Assembly: GCA_016748015.1 (NCBI GenBank)
Contig: JAAOMT010000727.1
Span: forward strand, 23,880-32,746
Source of the DNA: Geosiphon pyriformis uo1
Lineage: Eukaryota > Fungi > Glomeromycota
DNA: 8,867 bases
Direction: 5' to 3'
Under the pieces are notes generated by a model that saw only the letters and a program-made list of their open reading frames with translations, made no database searches and was not told the DNA's origin. How positions within the stretch are numbered: position 1 is the stretch's first letter; the number at the start of each line of letters is the position of its first letter. The translations under genes were made by a program, and so were the position numbers. Shown here piece after piece: positions 1-8,470 of the stretch.

Positions 1-136
1 AAGATCTTGAAAATTTAAAGAAACAAGACAGTATATTTAGAAGCAAGTATTTAAAATTATTTCTCAATTTATTACAATATTTTTTTAATTATTTAGTGTT
101 AGACCAAATTTTTTTGTAGTTGTGCCATAGTTTCCT

Positions 137-266
137 TTAACCAATTGAAAGGGAAATAGAATTACAGTCCCAATACGTATTTGGGTCATCATCAGCAGGA
201 CAATCACAATTACTCAATGGCTTAATCCAAATTTCAGTACCAAAATTTTTCCACCCATTTGAAGAA
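137..266 (-). CDS. Probable terminal exon of a spliced host gene; Cys/Trp/Asp-rich C-terminus of unknown function
   Basis: A ~35% GC island (45/130) beside ~7% GC DNA (301-480). It is preceded by ttttttaatttacAG (AG at 268-267) and a CTAAT branch-like site (308-304). Only one frame is open: SSNGWKNFGTEIWIKPLSNCDCPADDDPNTYWDCNSISLSIG-TAA. There is no in-frame ATG upstream, so splicing would be required. Confidence 0.6.
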
Positions 267-477
267 CTGTAAATTAAAAAATTATTATAACAAAATAATT
301 ATAATTAGAAATAAAAAAGATTTAGTAATAATATATAAACTAATTATAAATTATATTTATTAAAGTATTTTAGTTTTATATATATAAACAATAAAAAAAT
401 TTAAAAACAGTATTTTAAAATTTTTTTATATTATATATTTTTAAATTAAAAAAACTTTTTCTATTTTATATTTTTTT

Positions 478-810
478 TCACAATCAAAACAAAAAATAAA
501 AATATTGTAATTTTTTTATTTTTAAAAGCAACTATAAAATTACTTAAAAATATTTTATAAAATACTTTTTTTAAATAAAATTATTATTAGCCAGTTTTTT
601 GTTGATTTTAAAACATTTTTTTGATTTTAAATAAAAGTTTTTTCCTTTTAAAGTATTTTCAAAATAATTAATAAAATTAATATTAGTATAATAAAATTTT
701 TAACCTTTTTAATAACAAATTAATAGTTAAGCTACTTTTTTTTACTATTAATATTTTTATATTAACTTAAATAACCAAAAAAATTAATATAATAAAAAAA
801 CAACCATTTT
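478..810 (+). mobile_element. Second decayed fragment, homologous to the 860-1580 fragment but in the opposite orientation
   Basis: 481-510 matches the reverse complement of 1207-1236 at 24/30, with 5 of 6 mismatches being transitions. 706-748 matches the reverse complement of 922-964 at 35/43 ungapped (FNNKLIVKLLFFTI vs FNNKLVNKLVFFSI). The blocks are colinear. Confidence 0.55.
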
Positions 811-859
811 TTTTTCTTTTAAAACAATTAATTTTTTTAAAATATTAAAAAAAATATTT

Positions 860-1580
860 CAATTTTTTTTTTTGAACATATTTTTTAAAGAAATAATACT
901 AAAAGCACCAAATATAAAATTATAGAAAAAAAGACTAGCTTATTAACTAGTTTGTTATTAAAAACTTTTGGGTTCTTAAAAAAATAAAAGCAATACTAAA
1001 ACTAACTTGAATATATTTCTTTAAAAAAACTTTGACCAATAAAAAACCAGCCAAAGATAAAAAAAATGCTTTAAATGACCATCAAAAATAGCTTTTTATT
1101 ATTACTAGCCAAGAAAAAAGCTTTTAAAATATTCTGTTTAACTGCTTTTACAACAAAAAAAAATTTTTTGGTTAAAACTTTATGAGATACCAAAAAAAGA
1201 TATTAATTACAGCTTTTTTACTTTTTGCTTTAATTGTAATTATAAAATTAAGAAGACAAAAAGTTTTTTTTTATTTTTATTTTTAGTTTTTAAACTAATT
1301 TAAATTTTATTATTGTTAAAACTAATATTTAAAAATAAAACTATATTTAATAAAAATGTTTAAATATTAATGTTGTTTTAATTATTAGTTATTTTTGTTT
1401 TTTTTTAAAGTTTTTATTTAAACTTGTTATAAATTTTAAAATTTTTAATTCTTACTTTACTAATACAAAATTTTATATAAAACTGCTGTTTTTTTGGTTT
1501 TTTTGCTATTTTTGTTGTAATTTTGTAATTAATTCTTTAAAATTTAATCTAATTAAATTAAAATTAATTGGTTTTTTTAT
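860..1580 (-). mobile_element. Heavily decayed repeat fragment, probably the ORF1 N-terminal region of a second LINE family
   Basis: Patchwork translation ITIKAKSKKAVINIF...VVKAVKQNILKAFFLASNNKKL...SLAGFLLVKVFLKKY...KNPKVFNNKLVNKLVFFSI looks like transition-eroded coding sequence and has a homologue at 478-810. The LINE ORF1 assignment rests on my recollection of similar glomeromycotan repeat proteins and is not verified. Confidence 0.55.
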
Positions 1581-1664
1581 TATATTTTTTTAATAATTAA
1601 AGTAAAAAAAATTTTGTAATTAAATATAAATAAACTTATTACATAATTAATTTATTTTTTTTAG

Positions 1665-1736
1665 TAATAAAAATTTAGTTATAATTGATTTTGTTTTTAA
1701 TAATAAAAATTTAGTTATAATTAATTTTGTATTTAT
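1665..1736. repeat. 36-bp tandem repeat, 2 copies
   Basis: taataaaaatttagttataattgattttgtttttaa (1665-1700) and taataaaaatttagttataattaattttgtatttat (1701-1736) are 33/36 identical. Confidence 0.9.
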
Positions 1737-1777
1737 AAATTAAATATAATTTTATTATATATAAAAAATACATAAAT

Positions 1778-1790
1778 TATATATATATAT
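1778..1790. repeat. Short (TA)n microsatellite adjoining the LINE tail
   Basis: tatatatatatat lies directly next to the T8 run. Confidence 0.6.
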
Positions 1791-1918
1791 TTTTTTTAAA
1801 TAATTTATTTCTTAAAATTTAACTACTATTTAATACATAGAACCAAATTAAGTGGCTCAAATTAAACATGATTTATATTTATACTACATATAGCCAGTTA
1901 TTTAGATCAAATACAATA
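1790..1918 (-). terminator. LINE 3' UTR with poly(A) signal and residual A tail
   Basis: About 120 nt after the ORF2 stop: AATAAA (+ strand tttatt 1804-1809), then A8 (+ strand T 1790-1797), abutting a (TA)n run. The AT-rich background weakens the signal. Confidence 0.55.
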
Positions 1919-2415
1919 TTATATATTTATGTAAACATATATGTTATCACTTAAACCAAAAAACAAAGGATATAATTTATATCTACCAAAATTAACAGCA
2001 AAAGACTCAATAATACCAAGCAATCTAACCAATTTATTTAATAGCATAAACATTATATTACAAGACAGTTCAAATATTAAACTGCTATTCTTAATCAATC
2101 CAGTTTTTTTTATATTTATTTTATGTTCAAATCTTATTAATTATGTCTTAATACAATACAATTTTACCAAATGCCTTACATATTTAATAACAACAAAAGT
2201 AGTTTCTTTTCTTTTATTAAAAATTCTAACAGATTTCATATACCAATTTTTTAACATAAAATTCTTACAGATTATTATATACAGATTTACATTCAAAGAA
2301 TATTCAGAAAGTATTTGCAAACAATAAAAGAAAATTAATTGCAAGCTCTTATTAATACAATCTATTATATAAAGACTTCAGCCAAAATTTCTTCATAAAC
2401 ATTAGCATTTTAGAT

Positions 2416-2463
2416 ATAAGTAAAGATATAGTTAGACAATTTTACCTTACTACACAATAAACA
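2416..2463 (-). other. Degenerate C-terminal Cys/His zinc finger of ORF2
   Basis: CLLCSKVKLSNYIFTY fits C-x2-C-x7-H-x3-C if His>Tyr (C>T) and Cys>Tyr (G>A). Confidence 0.7.
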
Positions 2464-2809
2464 CAGTACTCTGAAATATTTTTTATCATATAATTTCTTT
2501 TAAATTACTACTAACAGTTATTTATACACAGCTTTTATTAAGCACATATGCAAATTAGCAGACTTTTTACTAGTAAATCCAAAAAGCATATGCAAATTAG
2601 GATGTCAAATCTTAGCTATAACTTTCTAATTTATTTTTTTAATCAGCATATTTAGAATTATATTATAATCAAAACTAGTTTCTCATCAAATATAGTTAAT
2701 AAATCTAAATAAATTTTAAACAAAATAACAAGTATTGCCAGATATAGCTGTGTCTTTAGCCACTAAAAAACATTCTTGCATTTTTTTTGGCAAAAAAAAA
2801 ATAAACAGT

Positions 2810-3210
2810 CTTATTTACAATTATATTAGTCTTTTTATTATTAAAAATTCCTAAATAACTCTTAATTTTTATCCAATTTACAATAAGATTTTTATTCCTA
2901 ATCAGATTAACAATATGTCTTCTTTTTATTTAGCATTAATTACAAAAGTTAAACACAGCTAATATTGACTTAACTGTATATACATTAATAATAACTTGGC
3001 TGTCTAAATGTAAAATTACTATACAGAAAAATAAAACACACACCAAAAACAGAGCAATAGCCGGTAATTTAGCCATAGTAAAAGATAAAAATCCATGTAT
3101 TTTTACACAAATATTCATGTTTATAGCTAGAAAATAAGCAGCAGTTCTATTAGCAACATTAATAGAACCAACATTTTTTAAAGACCTATTTATATATACT
3201 TCTATAGAAT
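2810..3210 (-). other. Degenerate RNase HI domain
   Basis: EVYINRSL (cf. YTDGS), TMAKLPAIAL (cf. AELxA), LHLDSQ (cf. xDSQ) and WIKIKSYLGIFNNKKTN (cf. WVKGHSGxxGNxxAD) occur with RNase H spacing. Confidence 0.85.
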
Positions 3211-4049
3211 TAGACCAAATTTTATGCAAATAACTCTACACATTAAAAAACTCCCTTGAATTCAAAATGTTTAAACCAAATAACAGATTTGTCTCAGTTA
3301 AATCAATTAACAAAGACCTTTTATTATGTAAAAATTTTGATATAACCTTAAATTAATAAAGCACAGAGTCTTTAAAATTTAATCTCTTTCAATAGTAAAA
3401 AGTATTTCAGTCTATTATATTACCTTTTTTATTTAAAAGCTTATTATCAAATATAACTCTAAACTAAGATACAAAGAGTGTTTCAAAACAACCAATATTA
3501 GAAACTCACCAAAACTACAAAATGTATTAGAAAAATTGTTTATTAAAAATAATTCAAAGTCAAAAAAATTTTTACCATCTTAGCCAAAAAATTGTTTATT
3601 AGACAAATACATATTCTGATAAAAAACTGCAAAGAATTCAAAAAAACTTATCCCAAAATCTGCAAATCTAAGAATCTGTTGTTAAATAAGCATCTAATAA
3701 TATTTGAAGTATTAAAAAAGACAATTAACACAGCTAATTTTTTTTTAGACTGTATTTGCTCAAATGGTTTCAAACTATACAGAAAAAGATAGTGCAAAAT
3801 CTCATTAAGAAAATTACATGACAAATAAACTTTAGACTTAAGATTCTTTCTAATTATAACATTTCATTTGTAATACACACTTAATAAAACAAAACTAAAC
3901 TGAATTTTGTAATTAATTATGAGTTGCAAAATAGTCAACATTAAATACAAGAACTGCTTATTTATAATGGCTTTTCTAAAAACTATGTTAACAAAAAATT
4001 AAACATTAAAATAAGCCTTGGCCAGACTTAGCTTAGACAACCTTTTGGT

Positions 4050-5030
4050 TGACAAAAATATCTCTAGATATTTGTAAGCTTTACTCTTTTTAGCTATTAA
4101 AATTGGGAGGCCACTGATTCTTAAAGAGACAACTTTAACATTCTAATTGATAAAAATAGTTACAGTCTTTTTATTATTAACAGAAATATTATTGATTAAA
4201 AAAATTCACTAACAATGTTTAAAACATACTGCATAGAATCTAGATAATTCTTAACCTAAATTGTATTATCTACAAATATACCAACAGCAAAAAAAAAGAT
4301 ATTCTATTACTATTATCTATTCTGTCTATCTTAGCCACAAACTTAATATCAATTTGATATTTGCATAAATGTTTATGTCTTTTAATTTTACATAAAAGTG
4401 GATCATAAAATATTTTCTAAAAAAAATATAAGAAAACTTTACTCTAATCTAATTTATTATGTATTTTATATTTACCCAAGAGGCCAAAATTAGTTATTAT
4501 TTTATTAATTTTATTCTTATGTATACTGCCAAAAAATTTTATAAACTTGTTACACATTTTAATTTGCTATAAGCTAGCTTTTAAATGATATTATCCAACC
4601 AAGTTATAAGCTTTGTATATATGCTATAGGACCAATCAAAATTCTTTACTCTTTTTTAAAAAATGTTTAACTACTGATTCAATAGCAAATACAAAAGATT
4701 AAGTAGATATGCTTTTTAAAACAGAAAAATTATCACCATAAAAAATACCAAACTTGCAACATGCAGACAAAATCTGATTAAATAAAACTTTAAAAAAATT
4801 TTTCTGGTTATTTCAATTAAAACAATAAATCAAGTGTTTGTTAAAACTCTATTCCAATCATAAGATTTAGGAATTATTGAGACCCAGGCTTTTTTCTACA
4901 AAACTGAAATGCCACTAAAAAACAAATACATATTTAACAATTTCAGAAGACATCCTATTATATTATTACTATTATGCTTTTAAAGTTTATTAAGAATGCC
5001 AAACAAATTAGCAGCTTTGCTATTAGACAG
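4050..5030 (-). other. Degenerate non-LTR reverse transcriptase domain
   Basis: Motifs in order: KAANLFGILNKL*K (cf. KAPGxDGI), AWVSIIPKS...NT*FIVLIE (cf. IPK...RPIxL), L*HIYKAYNLV (cf. DxxKAFDSV), LD*SKVF (cf. QGxxLSP), catalytic FVDN at 4276-4265 (cf. [Y/F]xDD), KYLEI (cf. KYLG). Confidence 0.92.
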
Positions 5031-5889
5031 ACTATTAATTACCAAAAGCAATTCCTCTATACTGATCATTTTTATTATGCCAGAAAAAATATTATTATTT
5101 ACATAATTTAATAATATATATTAATAAACTTATAGATCAGATATTACTTGAAACACAGTTTATTTTTTTGTTCAACTCTCCATAATTTTATTAATACTAA
5201 GCTTTATCTTCTCTGGCTCTAAAATATTTTTTTTATTATCAAGTAATCCAGAACCACTTTGTAAAAAAACTGATCCAAAATATTTATTATTATATCTCTT
5301 TTATAAAAACAAAAACTTTTTATGTGTTTTTCAAATGTCTTTTTGATAGATGTTTTTTTAGCTAATTTTAATTCATAAAGCTTGAACTTTTTGTACTTTT
5401 TTCGAATCATTAACAAATGTTTGAGAACATCTATTAATTTTCTATTATTTTGAACTATGTTTATAATCTTAAAAGTCTTATCACTATCTAAAATTAATTA
5501 TTTTTTGACAAAACAATCAAATCCAAACATGTTATCTAAGCTTAACTTTTTAACAATCTTGGCAATTAACAATTCTAATCCAAAAAACTTTAAAAACTGT
5601 CTGTTTTTTGAACATTAAAACTCACTAAACTAATATTTAAAAAATGTTTTATCAACTGATTCTATCAACACCCTCTTCAGCAAACTTCATATAGTATTCA
5701 AATTATTATAAGCTTTTGCTCTTAAAAACTTATTCTTTACTATCAAAAGCTTGACAGAAAAACATTCCTTAAATTATATTTATTTAGCACTATCTGTATT
5801 CTTAATTTTGAATTTTCAATAATCTTTATTAACTTGTTTACATATCTTATTCAAATGAACATTCAAAAAACTATTCAAACTAATCAACT

Positions 5890-6572
5890 CTAAGACAATT
5901 TTGTAATTAGTGCCAAAAAATAGGAACACAAAGTTGACTTCATAATCAGCAACTATTAAAAATAAACTTTTACTCACAAAATGTAATCTAAAACTTTTTT
6001 AACACTTTTTGCATTGCTCTAAGTAGAGACTTTGATCAATAGATATCTACTAAATAAGTTGACCAAACTCAAATTCAAACAGAACTTAAAATTCACACTT
6101 TTTTTAAACTTATTTTTATTAAAATTTCCACCCAAAACTACAAAAGTGCTGGAGTTAACAGCTTTAACAATAAAAAAATTAACATCCAAAGCTTGATTAA
6201 ACTTAGCTTTAGTAAAAGCACCAGCATACAAACCCAAAACCATGACTAAAAGCTTGCTCTTAAAAAAAAACTGTACCAAAATAATGTAACCAGAAATTTT
6301 TTTAATCTTAAAAACATTTTAAGCTAAAAAATTATTTATAACAATAGTCATTTTAGCACTAAGAAAACTCTTATTTAATCCAGATGTGATTATTCACACT
6401 TTATTAAACTTATTTGCAATTAAAGGCTTAATATTAGTCTTTAACTTCATCTTTATAACAAAAGAACCTATATTATCCAAATCCATATCTAATGAACAAT
6501 ATTTTTTTGTTTTACAAGAACATTGATATCCTAAACATTATATATAATAAACTGTCAAACAAGACTAGTCAT
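5890..6572 (-). other. Degenerate apurinic-like (APE/EEP) endonuclease domain
   Basis: Motifs in order: YNV*DIN (cf. xNVxG), FVIKMKL (cf. xxETK), VLGLYAG (cf. xxYAP), VVLGGNFN (cf. GDFN), LDYI (cf. IDYI), GTNY (cf. [S/T]DH). Confidence 0.85.
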
Positions 6573-8470
6573 TGAGATAAAAGAAAATTTAAACCCAAAA
6601 CAATATTATTTATCTTGGCCAAAAAATTCATAACTATATCTGAAAGACTTATTAAACTGTCTTTCAATTTGAAAATCACTGACTAATATAAAAACATCAC
6701 TCTTATAACAGTTTTACTACTAGTTACTGCACCTAAATCCTTACTTATCACTATATCTGCCTCTTGATTCTGTGATAAAAAGATTACAAATAGCTGATTT
6801 TTAAGATTAAGCTGAGAAAATATTAGTTTAAATGCATCCAATCTCTTAGCCAATTTGTCAACTTGCTCTATAAGACTGATAAAACTGTATTCAAGAGCGG
6901 CAAACCTATTATTTAAGTTCAAAGACACCAATAGAAGTGGTTTAATATCTGAAGATAAACCAATACTAGAAAGAACCAAAGATATTACATAAGAAATAGA
7001 ACCACTAACAATTTGAGCCCAAGTCTTTCCACCAAATAAAACCAGATAAGCAATTGGCATCTGTTTTTTTTTATATACATTTGCTAAACAAATTTGATTC
7101 TGAAAATTAATTACTTGTTTATTGTAATTACTCAAATTTCTATCTACTAAAAACACATTAGATATATGACTAAATTGTTTGTATTCAGCACAACAAGCCA
7201 AAGAAAGACCAGTTTAGTACAAATATACATCTTTAAAAATCAGAGTATAATTAATAGCAGTCTTTTTAGATGCTTCATCAGCAAAACAAATCATAATATA
7301 TTTATTATACACATATAAATTTAGATTGTAACTAATAAAACAAGTTTTTTCACTATATAATCCCAATAAATCAAAAAAATTATAAGCAGTAGTACCAATA
7401 GGCAAAGTATATAACAAAATTCAATAAAAGTCTCTAGATACTTAAGATTGTTTATTATTGACATTCAATACTATATGCACAGAATTTTTTCCCATAAAAA
7501 CTGATTATTTGGAAGCAACCAAACCAGCAACATCCAATAACTTAAATTTTACTAAAGCCTTTTGCTAAAGACCAATTAACTGTATTTTAATTGCAACTAT
7601 CTTACTAAATTTAAAAAAAACTGATTTTATTGCCAATTTAGAAAGATTTACTGGGATTTTTTTGACAATTATTTTCTGATTTGTGTGATTGTTTATTCTT
7701 TTAACATTATTATTTACTAAAATTTTTTCACTAATAGCCAATTTCTTAGCTTTGTTTAAGCTTAGTTTAGAAGTAAAAATTGATCTAATGATGTCTAAAA
7801 ATTTTAAAAGAGTTGATGCCCTCAAAATCATTGACATAATATAAATTTTTTTAATAAATAAAAGCTTATCTCCAAAAGTTTTGCCAAGCATTACAAAAAG
7901 TTCAACATCCAAAACAAAAAACTTTATCAAACCAAAATTTTTAATCTTTTTACTTTGTGATTCAACTAATAGCAATTTTTTGAAACCAACAAACTTAGAC
8001 ATTAGAAGCACTAATTTGACATTATTATTGTTAATTAAAACTTTAAAGAAAGACACACCCAACAGTTACTTTAAAACATATATCTTTATTCATATTTTCT
8101 TTAAAGTTGTATTGTTTATTATATTATTTATTTCAAAAATGTTGGAATTTACATAACTTATTTCCTTTACAATTGTGTTTTTTATGTTTTAAATATCTAA
8201 TACTTTACTAATACTGGCTTCTTTGCTATTCACTTCATTACTCCAAGATTTTTGGTATCTATTCTTATTAGCTTACAATATATCAACAAATAAAAGACTA
8301 GTTAACAATTCTATCATATTATTAAGAACATCAGGTTTTTTTGGCTTCTTATATAAGAGACTACAAAAGTAGATATTTTCAATATATGCTTTTTTTTTAG
8401 TGCCAAACTGGGTCTTTAACTTAGCTGAACCAAAACTAGAACTATTAGCAGAAAAGCTTACTGGTTTTAT
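6569..8470 (-). pseudogene. LINE ORF1 (nucleic-acid chaperone), nonsense-disrupted, ~634 codons
   Basis: The four supplied ORFs 8273-8512, 7565-8062, 7214-7417 and 6683-7201 share one frame and join by reading through single stops, e.g. QLIGL*QKALVKF and ASK*SVFMGK. RRM-like segment IIVKKIPVNLSKLAIKSVFFKFSKIVAIKI...KALVKF; second RRM-like segment LLYTLPIGTTAYNF...ICFADEASKKTAI; degenerate knuckle C-AE-Y-KQFS-H-ISNV-F (7192-7151); heptad segment RFAALEYSFISLIEQVDKLAKRLD. The frame continues to ...LLSQ-TGA at 6571-6569. The start is inferred at ATA 8470 (mutated ATG). Confidence 0.85.

Larger units (their letters stand above)
1919..6572 (-). pseudogene. LINE ORF2 polyprotein (endonuclease / reverse transcriptase / RNase H / Cys finger), ~1550 codons, many stops and at least 7 frame changes
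   Basis: Starts ATG ACT AGT CTT GTT TGA (MTSLV*QFIIYNV*DIN, an APE motif-I-like N-terminus) and ends ...GLSDNIYVYINI-TAA at 1921-1919. Includes supplied ORFs 6019-6279, 5219-5416, 2936-3229 and 2141-2344. Confidence 0.92.

Noticed and set aside
1665-1736. 36-bp repeats as a CRISPR array
   Set aside because: The units are directly adjacent with no spacers, and there are no cas genes.
1941-2327. 128-aa plus-strand ORF
   Set aside because: Antisense shadow of the ORF2 C-terminus; I/L/F/N/K-rich composition reflects AT bias and there is no recognisable domain.
3592-3792. 66-aa plus-strand ORF
   Set aside because: Short, non-ATG start, antisense to ORF2.
4050-5030. Prokaryotic RT system (retron, DGR, group II intron) or LTR element
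   Set aside because: Upstream APE domain, RRM/CCHC ORF1 and A tail, with no LTR, integrase or template repeat, indicate a eukaryotic LINE.
7881-8156. 91-aa plus-strand ORF
   Set aside because: Antisense to ORF1, non-ATG start, no support.
1919-8470. Functional genes in an alternative genetic code (stop codon reassignment)
   Set aside because: TAA, TAG and TGA all interrupt the frames, all three occur at probable Trp positions, catalytic residues are mutated and ORF2 is frameshifted. This is decay, not recoding.
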